Source of the DNA: an uncultured Sulfurospirillum sp.
GTDB taxonomy: Bacteria > Campylobacterota > Campylobacteria > Campylobacterales > QNZT01
Reading direction: 5' to 3'
NCBI GenBank assembly: GCA_964384355.1
Contig: CAYLLC010000004.1
Coordinates: 3,724 to 50,522, forward strand
Length of the DNA stretch: 46,799 bases
How positions within the stretch are numbered: position 1 is the stretch's first letter; each line of letters opens with the position of its first letter. Shown piece by piece: positions 1 through 10,594 of this stretch. Below the pieces are notes generated by a model that ran no database searches, had not been told where the DNA came from, and saw only the letters and a list, made by a program, of their open reading frames with translations. The position numbers and the translations under genes were made by a program.

Positions 1-4
1 CTTA

Positions 5-13
5 TGCTAAAAT
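5..13 (+). promoter_or_regulatory. extended -10 promoter (TGcTAAAAT) for the lipoprotein-dapE-pgi-galU run
   Basis: TGn-TAAAAT 35 nt before ATG 48, which has SD GAGGAG at 32-37. Confidence 0.5.
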
Positions 14-47
14 GCAGAGATATCAATTTACGAGGAGTGAAACGACT

Positions 48-392
48 ATGAAAGCGATACTTTTGGCGACACTGGCATGCGCGGGGCTCTTTTGGGGCGG
101 ATGTACGCAGGAGACGCAGAACAGACTCGGTCGTGCGATTCAGAACTGGACCGGTACCAACGGCGTGCTCGAAGTCTATGCGGGCAACAAACTGGTCCGG
201 CGCTTTATCAAGATCGACAAGCTGACCACCGCGCGCAGTACGGACGGGGACAGCGACAGACCCTACCGGTTCGGGTACGGGATCCTGGACGAGAATTTCA
301 ACGGCAAAAAAGATGCGGGCGAAAAGCGCGTCTATTTCGAGATCAGCGACTATTCGACATCGTATGTCTTCTATGAAAATCCGCACGATTAA
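48..392 (+). CDS. hypothetical lipoprotein
   Basis: ATG 48 with SD; MKAILLATLACAGLFWGG-C signal peptide and lipobox-like Cys; DENFNGKKD motif. Confidence 0.7.
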   Translation: MKAILLATLACAGLFWGGCTQETQNRLGRAIQNWTGTNGVLEVYAGNKLVRRFIKIDKLTTARSTDGDSDRPYRFGYGILDENFNGKKDAGEKRVYFEISDYSTSYVFYENPHD

Positions 393-400
393 GAGTCTGT

Positions 401-1495
401 ATGGATCTGATTGCACTCTTTGACAAACTGCTGCGCTACCGCTCGATCACGCCCGAAGACGACGGGGCGTTCGATTTCATCGAAGGGTATCTCGAAGCGT
501 TCGAGACGATCTACTTCGAGAAAGAGGGGGTCAAGAACCTCTTCATGTACAAAAAATTCGGCGAAGGGGATCACCTCTGCTTCGCCGGGCATATCGATGT
601 AGTGCCGCCCGGAGAGGGGTGGGCGAGCGACCCCTTCGAGCCGCTCCACAGAGAGGGCAAAATCTACGCACGCGGCACGCAGGATATGAAGAGCGGCGTG
701 GCGGCTTTTCTGAAGGCTTGTAAAGATACGGAGCAGTTCGCCGGTACGCTCTCGGTGCTGCTGACGAGCGACGAAGAGGGCGATGCGGAGCATGGCACGA
801 TCGAGATGATCCGCAAGCTGGAGTCGATCGACTTCTTGCCCGACTATGTCGTCGTCGCCGAGCCGACATGCGAGGCGCGCTTCGGAGACGCGATCAAGAT
901 CGGCCGACGCGGATCGATCAACGGCGTCATCGAAAAGATCGGCACGCAGGGGCATGCCGCCTACCCCGAAAAGGCGAAAAACCCGATCCATATCGTCGCG
1001 CAGGTGCTGCCGCATATGGCGGGGGTCGATCTGGACGAGGGAGATGAGAATTTCGCACCGAGTAAATTCGTGATCACCGATATCCGTGCAGGGATGGAGG
1101 TGACCAATGTCACGCCGGGCAAACTGAAGATGATGTTCAATGTCCGAAACTCCACCAAAACGACCAAAGAGGATGTCGAGGCGTTCGTGCATCGCTACTT
1201 CCGGGATATGGATTATACGCTGGTGCTGAATGAGAGTGCGAAGCCCTTCGTGACCAATCGCGACTCCAAAGTGGTACGGAAAATGCATGCTGCTATCGCA
1301 GAGGTGACCGGCGTCGATGCGAAACTCTCCACGGCGGGCGGTACGAGCGATGCGCGCTTTTTCGGTGAGTACGGGATCGATACGGTCGAATTCGGCGTCG
1401 TCAACGACACCATTCATGCGCCCAACGAGCGCACGAGCGAGGCTGAGGTGGAGGGGCTCTATCGGGTCTTTTCGGAGCTGATCAGAAATTTTTAA
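401..1495 (+). CDS. dapE: succinyl-diaminopimelate desuccinylase
   Basis: FAGHIDVVP, RGTQDMKSG, SDEE, GRRGS, GHAAYP, GGTSDARF, TIHAPNE (M20 DapE motifs). Confidence 0.95.
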   Translation: MDLIALFDKLLRYRSITPEDDGAFDFIEGYLEAFETIYFEKEGVKNLFMYKKFGEGDHLCFAGHIDVVPPGEGWASDPFEPLHREGKIYARGTQDMKSGVAAFLKACKDTEQFAGTLSVLLTSDEEGDAEHGTIEMIRKLESIDFLPDYVVVAEPTCEARFGDAIKIGRRGSINGVIEKIGTQGHAAYPEKAKNPIHIVAQVLPHMAGVDLDEGDENFAPSKFVITDIRAGMEVTNVTPGKLKMMFNVRNSTKTTKEDVEAFVHRYFRDMDYTLVLNESAKPFVTNRDSKVVRKMHAAIAEVTGVDAKLSTAGGTSDARFFGEYGIDTVEFGVVNDTIHAPNERTSEAEVEGLYRVFSELIRNF

Positions 1496-1505
1496 AGGAG
1501 GCGGC

Positions 1506-2765
1506 ATGATCAAAAGGGAGCTCTTCTTTCCCGAAACGGCGAAAGAGGATGAGATCGGCGGGGCGTACGACGCACTGCTGGCAGAGATGGAGAGCGGCAG
1601 GGTAGGCTACTATCGCCTGCCGGAGTCGGATATGCTGATGCGTATCGAAGCCTTTGTCGATGATTACGATTTCGAAGCCAAAGGGATTGAGAATATCGTC
1701 GTCATCGGTATCGGAGGATCCTCTCTGGGAAGCAAAGCGGTCGAATCGCTGCTCAGGCACACCCCGCAGCGCAACAGCCGACGGGTGCTCTTTCTGGAGA
1801 ATGTCGATCCGGTAGAGATGGCCGCGCAGCTGAAAGATCTGAAGTTCGAAGAGAGCTTTTTCATCATGATCTCCAAATCGGGATCGACGATCGAGACCAC
1901 ATCGCATGTGAAGTATCTGATCGATCGTTTCGACGCACCGATAGAGAGCGAACGGTTTCGCGAGCGCTTCGCTTTCATCACCGATGCGGATTCGCCGCTG
2001 GATCGGCTGGGCAGAGATATCGGGGTGCCGGTCTTTCATATTCCGCACAATGTCGGCGGGCGCTTTTCGGTGCTCTCGGCCGTGGGGCTGCTGCCGCTGA
2101 CGCTGTTGGGGTACGATACGCGCGCGATGCTCGCCGGAGCCAGAGCGCTCAAAGACTCCTTTTTCGCCCGCAAAGAGGATATGCTGGTGGCCAAAGCCCA
2201 CCACTACGCCACCCACAGCAGACAATTTCCGATCAATGTGCTCTTCTCCTACGGGAGCGCTTTTCGGGAGTTCAACGCATGGTATGTGCAGCTCTGGGGC
2301 GAGTCGCTGGGCAAGATCGACCGTACGGGAGCGCATGTCGGTATGACGCCGGTGGGAATTATCGGATCGGTCGATCAGCACTCTTTTCTGCAGCTGCTGA
2401 TCGAGGGCCCCAGAGACAAGACGGTGACGATGCTCAAAGTGGTCGATTTCGAAACGCCGCTGACGATACCGGAGGTCACGCTGCCGCATCTGGAGCAGAC
2501 CGACTACATCAACGGCCACACTTTCAACGAACTGCTGGGTGCACAGTGTGACGCGACGATGGAGAGTATCATGCAGCAGGGGATCAGTGTCGACAGGATC
2601 GAAATCGGCAGACTCGATGCCTACAATACGGGCTATCTGATCTTCTACTTCGAGCTGCTGACATCGCTGTGCGGGCACTTTCTGGGGATCGATACCTACA
2701 ATCAGCCGGGTGTGGAGCTGGGCAAACGGATCCTGAAAGCGAAATTTACCGAAGGAGAAGCATGA
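1506..2765 (+). CDS. pgi: glucose-6-phosphate isomerase
   Basis: GIGGSSLG, SKSGST, VGGRFSVLS, QLWGESLGK, DQHS, NQPGVELGK. Confidence 0.95.
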   Translation: MIKRELFFPETAKEDEIGGAYDALLAEMESGRVGYYRLPESDMLMRIEAFVDDYDFEAKGIENIVVIGIGGSSLGSKAVESLLRHTPQRNSRRVLFLENVDPVEMAAQLKDLKFEESFFIMISKSGSTIETTSHVKYLIDRFDAPIESERFRERFAFITDADSPLDRLGRDIGVPVFHIPHNVGGRFSVLSAVGLLPLTLLGYDTRAMLAGARALKDSFFARKEDMLVAKAHHYATHSRQFPINVLFSYGSAFREFNAWYVQLWGESLGKIDRTGAHVGMTPVGIIGSVDQHSFLQLLIEGPRDKTVTMLKVVDFETPLTIPEVTLPHLEQTDYINGHTFNELLGAQCDATMESIMQQGISVDRIEIGRLDAYNTGYLIFYFELLTSLCGHFLGIDTYNQPGVELGKRILKAKFTEGEA

Positions 2766-3598
2766 AAATCACCAAATGTCTATTCCCCGCCGCGGGATAC
2801 GGTACGCGCTTTTTGCCGGTGACCAAGGCGATGCCCAAGGAGATGCTGCCGATTCTGACCAAGCCGCTGATTCAGTACGGTGTGGAGGAGGCGGTCGAAG
2901 CGGGGCTCGATACGATGGCGGTCATCACGGGGCGCGGCAAGCGTGCGATCGAGGATCACTTCGATATCTCCTACGAGCTGGAGCATCAGATCAAAGGGAG
3001 CTCCAAAGAGCATCTGCTGACAGAGATCCGTGCGCTGATCTCGAAGTGTACCTTCACCTACACGCGACAGATCGAGATGAAGGGGCTGGGGGATGCGATT
3101 CTCAAGGGCAAGGTACTGATCGGCAACGAACCCTTCGCCGTGGTGCTCGCGGACGATCTCTGTATCAACGAAGAGGGCGAAGGGGTGCTCTCGCAGATGA
3201 TCGGGCTCTATCGCAAGTACAAATGCTCGATCGTCGCGATCATGGAGGTGCCGATCGAAGAGACCTACAAGTACGGCGTCATCGAGGGCAAAGAGATCGA
3301 AGATGGGGTCTATATGGTCTCACGCATGGTCGAAAAGCCCGAACCGCAGGAGGCGCCTTCCAATCTGGCGATTATCGGGCGCTATATCCTCACGCCCGAT
3401 ATCTTCGAGATGATCCAGAGCACCAAGCCGGGCAAAAACGGCGAGATCCAGATCACCGATGCGCTGATGCAGATGGCGCAGAAGGGGATGGTGCTGGCAT
3501 GCAGATTCGAGGGAAAACGGTTCGATTGCGGCAGTGTCGACGGATTTGTCGAGGCGACCAACTATCTGTACGGGATAGAGAGGGAGAGGCATCAGTAG
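2762..3598 (+). CDS. galU: UTP-glucose-1-phosphate uridylyltransferase
   Basis: PAAGYGTRFLPVTKAMPKEMLP, VEKP, GEIQITDA; ATG 2762 overlaps the pgi stop (ATGA). Confidence 0.95.
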   Translation: MKITKCLFPAAGYGTRFLPVTKAMPKEMLPILTKPLIQYGVEEAVEAGLDTMAVITGRGKRAIEDHFDISYELEHQIKGSSKEHLLTEIRALISKCTFTYTRQIEMKGLGDAILKGKVLIGNEPFAVVLADDLCINEEGEGVLSQMIGLYRKYKCSIVAIMEVPIEETYKYGVIEGKEIEDGVYMVSRMVEKPEPQEAPSNLAIIGRYILTPDIFEMIQSTKPGKNGEIQITDALMQMAQKGMVLACRFEGKRFDCGSVDGFVEATNYLYGIERERHQ

Positions 3599-3619
3599 AT
3601 TGCGGTCTGGCCGCAATCT
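3597..3619. terminator. hairpin between convergent galU and OMP gene
   Basis: perfect 9-bp inverted repeat AGATTGCGG/CCGCAATCT; no strong U-tract. Confidence 0.5.
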
Positions 3620-3643
3620 CTGACTACTTAAGGTGTTCCGGGC

Positions 3644-4192
3644 TTAGAATTTGTATTCGGCACCGAAGGTGATCTGATCGATGTCGTCTTCGTATTTGGT
3701 GTAGTTGGTGTAGATCTTGTAGTTTTCTGTCAGATCGTACGCCGCGCCGATACCGCCGCTGAGCGCCAGATCTTTCTTGCGTACTTTCGAATCCATATTG
3801 GCTTCGTTGTTGGTGTAGATATTGAGTGTCGATTTGATACTCTCATAGACGACACCGAGTCTCGGTTTGATGCTCAGTCTGTTGATCTTCCAGATATAGG
3901 TACCGTAGAGCCCCAGTGACCAGAAATCGACATCATGCGTGCTGTTGTTGAATTTCGCTTCGGGTTTGCTCAGTGCGACGACACCCTCCATCTCGATTCC
4001 GATATCGCTGTAGATATCTTTGCCGGCGTTGAGGATCAGTGCCGTACCTTTGTCGAATTTGTCATTGTTGATGACATCCTGCATTCCCAGTGCCACACCC
4101 ACACGATCGATATAGGACTCCTGCGCATCGGCAGCATATGCGGATATGCCGAGCAGCAGGCTCGTGATGCATGCGGTAAACATTTTATTCAT
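3644..4192 (-). CDS. small outer-membrane beta-barrel (OmpA-transmembrane-like) protein
   Basis: Sec signal ending AYA, amphipathic strands (LSGGIGAAYDL), C-terminal FGAEYKF beta-signal. Confidence 0.8.
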   Translation of the reverse strand: MNKMFTACITSLLLGISAYAADAQESYIDRVGVALGMQDVINNDKFDKGTALILNAGKDIYSDIGIEMEGVVALSKPEAKFNNSTHDVDFWSLGLYGTYIWKINRLSIKPRLGVVYESIKSTLNIYTNNEANMDSKVRKKDLALSGGIGAAYDLTENYKIYTNYTKYEDDIDQITFGAEYKF

Positions 4193-4295
4193 AACAGACT
4201 CCTTAAGTTCCTAATCTTTATTATATAGAAAAAAGTTTAAAATAAAATTTAAGATTACGGTTATAGACCCCATATCGATAAGTTTACCCGATTCT

Positions 4296-4304
4296 TGTTA
4301 TAAT
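4296..4304 (+). promoter_or_regulatory. extended -10 promoter TGtTATAAT upstream of ridA
   Basis: consensus match 37 nt before ATG 4341. Confidence 0.55.
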
Positions 4305-4340
4305 TACAGCATTATCCAAGATATATTGCAAGGAGCGGAG

Positions 4341-4733
4341 ATGACAAGAGTGACGACCGAGAATGCACCGGCAGCGATAGGGCCATATTCACAGGCGATC
4401 AAAGCGAACGGCTTCATCTATACATCGGGACAGATTCCTCTGACACCGGACGGCAAGCTGGTAGAGGGTGATATTCATGAGCAGACCAGACAGGTACTGA
4501 CCAATCTCAATGCAGTGCTCGAAGCTGCGGGAAGTTCGCTCGATCAGATCGTCAAGACGACGATCTATCTGACGAATATGGATGATTTCATCGCGGTCAA
4601 TACCGTCTATGCCGAGTTCTTCGCCGGTTCGTTTCCTGCCAGAAGTACCGTAGCGGTCAGGACACTCCCCAAAAATGTGCAGATTGAGATCGATGCGATC
4701 GCACTCGATGTGGGCCAGGAGTACCATTTTTAA
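4341..4733 (+). CDS. ridA: RidA/YjgF enamine-imine deaminase
   Basis: APAAIGPYSQA, SGQIP, PARSTV, LPK..IEIDAIA; SD AAGGAG before ATG 4341. Confidence 0.9.
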   Translation: MTRVTTENAPAAIGPYSQAIKANGFIYTSGQIPLTPDGKLVEGDIHEQTRQVLTNLNAVLEAAGSSLDQIVKTTIYLTNMDDFIAVNTVYAEFFAGSFPARSTVAVRTLPKNVQIEIDAIALDVGQEYHF

Positions 4734-4792
4734 TCGGGTATTAATCTTTTATTGGATAAAATCGCCCTTCAAATTTCAAACAAGGACATATG

Positions 4793-5101
4793 ATGTATGC
4801 TATCATAAAGAACGGCGGAAAGCAGTATAAAGTCCAAGAGGGAGATTTTATCAATCTCGACAAACTTGGCGCTTCCCCGAAAGAGAAAATCACTCTTACA
4901 GAAGTGCTTGCCGTCAACGACGGTGAGCTGAAGATAGGTACACCTTTCGTAGAGGGTGCTAAAGTAGAGCTGGAAGTGGTCGCTGAGGGTAAAGACAAAA
5001 AGGTCATTATCTACAAAAAGAGAAGAAGAAAAGACTCCAAGCTGAAAAAAGGTTTCAGAAGAGAGTACACCAGAGTCAAAGTGACCGCTATCACGGCATA
5101 G
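4793..5101 (+). CDS. rplU: 50S ribosomal protein L21
   Basis: [32 protein letters not shown]. Confidence 0.97.
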   Translation: MYAIIKNGGKQYKVQEGDFINLDKLGASPKEKITLTEVLAVNDGELKIGTPFVEGAKVELEVVAEGKDKKVIIYKKRRRKDSKLKKGFRREYTRVKVTAITA

Positions 5102-5119
5102 CACTTAACACTATACAAT

Positions 5120-5159
5120 AAAAAAGGGACGGCAGAATTTTTCTGTCGTCCCTTTTTTT
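5120..5159. terminator. bidirectional intrinsic terminator between rplU and ahpC
   Basis: A-tract, GGGACGGCAGAA/TTCTGTCGTCCC stem, T7 tract. Confidence 0.9.
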
Positions 5160-5202
5160 ATGCCTGCCCGAACGGGGAAAGCCCCGCCCGCAGCGCAGAG
5201 GC

Positions 5203-5799
5203 TTAAAGCTCTTCGGCGTGTTTGGCGAGGTACTCCGCGACACCTTCGGTATCGGCTTTCATTCCCTCTTCGCCTTTGTGCCAGCCGGCAGGGCAGACTT
5301 CACCATGCTCGTCCGTGAAGAGCATCGCATCGATCATTCTGATCATCTCGTCGATATTTCTACCCAGCGGCAGATCGTTGATGACGGCGTGTCTGACGAT
5401 TTTGTTCTTGTCGATCAGGAACGAGCCTCTCAGCGCGACGCTTTTGTTGAAGAGGACGTCATACTTCTTGGCGATCTTTTTCGTGATATCCGCTACCAGC
5501 GGGTATCTGACCTGACCGATACCGCCTTCGCTGACCGGTGTGTTTTTCCATGCGAAGTGGGAGAACTGGCTGTCTACGGAGCAGCCGATCACTTCGATGC
5601 CTCTGGATTTGAATTCGTCGAGTCTGTGGTCGAACGCGATGATTTCGGAAGGGCATACGAATGTGAAGTCGAGCGGATAGAAGAAGAGGACGGCGCCGTT
5701 TTCTCCGAGGTTGTCGTAGAGCTCGAAATCGTCTACGATAGTGTTGTCTCCGAGGACCGCAGTGGCTTTGAAATTGGGTGCTTTGTTGGTTACTAACAT
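5203..5799 (-). CDS. ahpC: 2-Cys peroxiredoxin (AhpC/TsaA)
   Basis: FFYPLDFTFVCPSE and GEVCPAGW motifs. Confidence 0.95.
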   Translation of the reverse strand: MLVTNKAPNFKATAVLGDNTIVDDFELYDNLGENGAVLFFYPLDFTFVCPSEIIAFDHRLDEFKSRGIEVIGCSVDSQFSHFAWKNTPVSEGGIGQVRYPLVADITKKIAKKYDVLFNKSVALRGSFLIDKNKIVRHAVINDLPLGRNIDEMIRMIDAMLFTDEHGEVCPAGWHKGEEGMKADTEGVAEYLAKHAEEL

Positions 5800-5830
5800 G
5801 ATCAGTTCCTTCTTGTAAGATTTATTTTCG

Positions 5831-5843
5831 GATAAATTTTATC
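5831..5843. promoter_or_regulatory. 6-1-6 palindrome GATAAA-T-TTTATC over the putative ahpC -10 (Fur/PerR-type operator candidate)
   Basis: inverted repeat resembling the Fur-family box; overlaps minus-strand TAAAAT at 5836-5841. Confidence 0.45.
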
Positions 5844-5926
5844 TCATATATGCTTAAAAGCAGATTATCCGGAGGTGCGCAATCCTCTTGCAATCCTTTT
5901 TATGTCAAGGTAAACAAGATTTATTT

Positions 5927-5935
5927 TGCTACAAT
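5927..5935 (+). promoter_or_regulatory. extended -10 promoter TGcTACAAT of metK
   Basis: consensus-like, 36 nt before ATG 5971. Confidence 0.5.
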
Positions 5936-5970
5936 TATGCCGATTTTATCATAAATTTTCAGGAAAAACG

Positions 5971-7131
<1,161 letters not shown>

Positions 7132-7210
7132 GCCAAAACTATAATTTTAGAAATTTTTTAACTTCGGTATGTTATAGTTTGATTCAACTTATTGAAGTGA
7201 AGGAGAAAAA

Positions 7211-7486
7211 ATGGCAGTAGTAATTACAGACACATGCATCAACTGTGGTGCTTGTATCGACGAGTGTCCGGTAGAGGCGATTGTCGATGACGAGGATAAT
7301 CCGACAGGAGAAGAGATCTATTATGTATATGCAGACAAATGTGTCGAATGTGTAGGTTACCATGATACACCGGCGTGTGCCGAAGCGTGCCCGACCGAGG
7401 GATGTATCGTATGGGGTGACTGTACGGACGACATGACATGCTCTGAAAGCAGAGGTGAAAAAGGTGAGCCGGTAGTCGAAGACTAA
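7211..7486 (+). CDS. fdxA: 2[4Fe-4S] ferredoxin
   Basis: CINCGACIDECP and CVECVG..PACAEACP. Confidence 0.9.
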   Translation: MAVVITDTCINCGACIDECPVEAIVDDEDNPTGEEIYYVYADKCVECVGYHDTPACAEACPTEGCIVWGDCTDDMTCSESRGEKGEPVVED

Positions 7487-7503
7487 TTCCGCTTATCATC
7501 CTC

Positions 7504-7532
7504 CGGGAGAGCCCGTCTCTCCCGTATCTCTT
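7504..7532 (+). terminator. probable terminator after the ferredoxin gene
   Basis: CGGGAGAG/CTCTCCCG 8-bp stem followed by a pyrimidine run. Confidence 0.55.
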
Positions 7533-7633
7533 CAAATATTCCCCGATTTAAACTTTATTATAGATTTCATTTGATATACTCTCAGCCTTTATTTTAAGAC
7601 GAATATACGAATATTAGCTTTGGAGCATAATCA

Positions 7634-8047
7634 ATGGAACAGACACTATCCATCATCAAGCCGGATGCAGTACAAAAAGGTGTTATCGGAAAGATAATCG
7701 ACAGATTCGAGACCAACGGGCTGCGTATCGCAGCGATGAAAAAGATCAGACTCGACGACGAGACCGCAGGCGGTTTCTATGCCGAGCACAGAGAGAGACC
7801 TTTTTTCAAAGATCTCGTAGAGTTCATGACGAGCGGACCGGTCGTGGTCATGGTGCTCGAAGGTGAGGGTGCGATCGCCAAAAACAGAGAGCTGATGGGT
7901 GCGACCAATCCCAAAGAGGCGGCTGCGGGAACGATCCGTGCGGATTTCGCCGAGAGCATCGATGCCAACGCGGTACACGGAAGTGACTCCAAAGAGAGCG
8001 CAGCGCGGGAAATAAAGTATTTCTTTAGCGACATTGAGATATTATAA
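7634..8047 (+). CDS. ndk: nucleoside diphosphate kinase
   Basis: [28 protein letters not shown]. Confidence 0.97.
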   Translation: MEQTLSIIKPDAVQKGVIGKIIDRFETNGLRIAAMKKIRLDDETAGGFYAEHRERPFFKDLVEFMTSGPVVVMVLEGEGAIAKNRELMGATNPKEAAAGTIRADFAESIDANAVHGSDSKESAAREIKYFFSDIEIL

Positions 8048-8066
8048 GAAATTATAAGTTTTATCG

Positions 8067-8423
8067 ATGCGCATAGAGTTTCGTAAAATCACCCCCTCCG
8101 ATGCGCCGTTTCGTCTCGAGACGGCGCACTATCGGTGTGAAGGGACTTTTCGCAAGCTCTCGCAGAAGCTGGTGGAGGTGTCGTTTCATCTCGATGCGAA
8201 GAGCACCCTCGTGTGCGACCGCTGCGGAGAGAGCTACGAAGCGCATATCGACCAGTCCCAGAGTCTCAGAATAGCCGACGGCTGTTTTGAAGGAGAAGAC
8301 CTCGATGTGATCGAAGTCTTCGACCATTATATCGATTTCGATGCGATCGTATCGGGAGAGATAGAATCGATCAGGAGTGATTATCACTTCTGTGACACAT
8401 GTAAAGAAAACGAAGGAGAATAA
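8067..8423 (+). CDS. YceD/DUF177 family protein
   Basis: CDRC and CDTC motifs; position directly upstream of rpmF-plsX. Confidence 0.75.
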   Translation: MRIEFRKITPSDAPFRLETAHYRCEGTFRKLSQKLVEVSFHLDAKSTLVCDRCGESYEAHIDQSQSLRIADGCFEGEDLDVIEVFDHYIDFDAIVSGEIESIRSDYHFCDTCKENEGE

Positions 8424-8425
8424 TT

Positions 8426-8578
8426 ATGGCAGTACCAAAGAGACGCGTAAGTAAAACCAGAGCCGCGAAGCGAAGAACACACTACAAACTGAGACTTCCA
8501 AAGCCGGTCAAAGATGCAGACGGAACATGGAGAATGCCTCACCGTATCAACAAAACGACAGGTGAATACAAAGCATAA
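8426..8578 (+). CDS. rpmF: 50S ribosomal protein L32 (50 aa; below the ORF-track cutoff)
   Basis: manual translation [50 protein letters not shown]; SD AAGGAG. Confidence 0.95.
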   Translation: MAVPKRRVSKTRAAKRRTHYKLRLPKPVKDADGTWRMPHRINKTTGEYKA

Positions 8579-8584
8579 CACTAC

Positions 8585-9583
8585 ATGTATACTATAGCAG
8601 TCGACGCGATGGGAGGAGACCACGGTACTTCTCCCAACGTCAAAGGAACCATACTCGCACTCAAAAAGAGCAAAAAGAAGTTCAAAGTCATCCTCGTCGG
8701 TGACTCCTCCCTCTATCAAGAGAAGATACCCAAAAAACTGGCACCCTATATCGAATATGAAGAGACTACCGATGTGTTCGGCATGGAAGAGAGCGCTACG
8801 GATGTGCTCAAACGCAAAGACTCCTCGATCTATCGGGCGATAGAGCTGGTGCGGAGCGGGCGTGCCGATGCCGTCGTCTCGGCAGGACACAGCGGTGCGA
8901 CGATGAGTCTGGCGACACTGCGCATCGGCCGTGTCGAAGGGGTGCAGCGCCCTGCGATCGCGACACTCATGCCGACGCAGACGGGCGGCAAGAGTCTGGT
9001 TCTCGATGTCGGCGCCAATACCGACTGCAAACCGGAGCACCTCTTTCAGTTCGCGATACTCGGAGAGGCGTATGCCGCGGATGTGCTCAAAGTAGAGAAT
9101 CCGCGCGTCGGCCTCCTCTCCAACGGCGAAGAGGAGTCCAAAGGCAACGAAACGACCAAAGCGGCGTTCAAACTGCTCAGACAGATGGACGCCTTTTTGG
9201 GCAATGTCGAAGGCAACGACATCTTCAACGACAGTGTCGATGTCATCGTCTGCGACGGTTTCGTCGGCAACATCCTCCTCAAGACGAGCGAGGGCGTGGC
9301 CAGCTCGATCTCCAAACTGATCAAGATGAATATCAAACGCTCTCCCCGGGCCCTGACCGGTGCGCTGCTGATGCGCCGGGTATTCAAGCTGCTCAAAAAA
9401 CAGATCGACTATGCCGAATATGGCGGTGCACCGCTGCTGGGTGTCAACAAAGCGACGATCATCTGTCACGGCAAGAGCAACCATATCGCGATCAAAAACG
9501 CCATCTATCAGGCGCTCTCGTTCGCCGAATCGGATATCAACGAGGATATCGCCAGAAATATAGCCCGGTATCAAATCGACTAA
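8585..9583 (+). CDS. plsX: phosphate acyltransferase PlsX
   Basis: IAVDAMGGD, SAGHSGA, LDVGAN, CDGFVGN, GGAPLLG. Confidence 0.95.
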   Translation: MYTIAVDAMGGDHGTSPNVKGTILALKKSKKKFKVILVGDSSLYQEKIPKKLAPYIEYEETTDVFGMEESATDVLKRKDSSIYRAIELVRSGRADAVVSAGHSGATMSLATLRIGRVEGVQRPAIATLMPTQTGGKSLVLDVGANTDCKPEHLFQFAILGEAYAADVLKVENPRVGLLSNGEEESKGNETTKAAFKLLRQMDAFLGNVEGNDIFNDSVDVIVCDGFVGNILLKTSEGVASSISKLIKMNIKRSPRALTGALLMRRVFKLLKKQIDYAEYGGAPLLGVNKATIICHGKSNHIAIKNAIYQALSFAESDINEDIARNIARYQID

Positions 9584-9595
9584 AAAGGATTCATC

Positions 9596-10594
9596 GTGTA
9601 CGCTTCGTTTAAATCTATCGGGGCATATGTCCCCGCAAAGAGACTCACCAACAAAGATCTCGAGACGATCGTCGAGACCAGTGACGAATGGATCAGACAG
9701 CGTACAGGAATCGAAAACAGACACATCGCGGCGGACGACGAGTATACGAGCGATATGGCGGCAGCCGCCGCACGCACGGCGATCGCACGGAGCGGACTCG
9801 AACCTTCCGAAATCGATGCGATCATCTGCGCGACGATTACGCCGGACTACTTCTGCATGCCCTCTACCGCATGCGTCGTAGCGGACAAGCTCGGGATCAA
9901 ATATGCGACGGCATTCGACATCTCGGCGGCATGCAGCGGCTTTGTCTACGCGCTCAATATGGCCAAAGCCTTTATCGAGTCGGGCATCAAAAAAAATGTC
10001 CTGATCATCGGCGCGGAGAAGCTGAGCGCGATCGTCGATTACAGCGACCGGACGACATGCGTCCTCTTCGGTGACGGTGCCGGTGCTGCCGTGATCGGCG
10101 CCACAGAGAGGCGGGAGGAGTCGGTGCTGGATATACACACCTCTTCGGACGGGGCGTATCAGGATTTTCTGATCACGCCGGGCGGCGGTGCGAAGCACCC
10201 ATGTTCGCAGGAGGTGCTCGAGTCCCGCATGCACTATCTCAAGATGAAGGGCAACGAAACCTTCAAACTCGCCGTCAACACCCTGACCAAAGATGTGACG
10301 CGTATCCTCGAAAAGAATGGATTGACGAGTGAGGATGTCGACTATTTTATCCCGCATCAGGCCAACTTCCGTATCATCGATGCCGTCGGCCGAAAGCTGA
10401 AGTTTCCCGAAGAGAAGATCGTCCTGACCGTCGCGAAATACGGCAACACTTCCGCCGCTTCCATCCCGATGGCGATCAACGACTGGTACGAGAGCGGCAG
10501 ACTCAAATCGGGAGATCTTATGCTGCTCGATACCTTCGGCGGCGGCCTGACATGGGGGAGTGCGCTGGTCCATTTCAATCAGCGCGAAGCATGA
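9596..10594 (+). CDS. fabH: beta-ketoacyl-ACP synthase III
   Basis: AACSGF, FGDGAGA, PHQAN, GNTSAAS, GGGLTWG; GTG start. Confidence 0.96.
   Translation: MYASFKSIGAYVPAKRLTNKDLETIVETSDEWIRQRTGIENRHIAADDEYTSDMAAAAARTAIARSGLEPSEIDAIICATITPDYFCMPSTACVVADKLGIKYATAFDISAACSGFVYALNMAKAFIESGIKKNVLIIGAEKLSAIVDYSDRTTCVLFGDGAGAAVIGATERREESVLDIHTSSDGAYQDFLITPGGGAKHPCSQEVLESRMHYLKMKGNETFKLAVNTLTKDVTRILEKNGLTSEDVDYFIPHQANFRIIDAVGRKLKFPEEKIVLTVAKYGNTSAASIPMAINDWYESGRLKSGDLMLLDTFGGGLTWGSALVHFNQREA

Noticed and set aside
5860-5970. Possible SAM riboswitch upstream of metK
   Set aside because: No SAM-I or SAM-II core recognisable, and the likely -10 (5927-5935) leaves only a ~30-nt leader.
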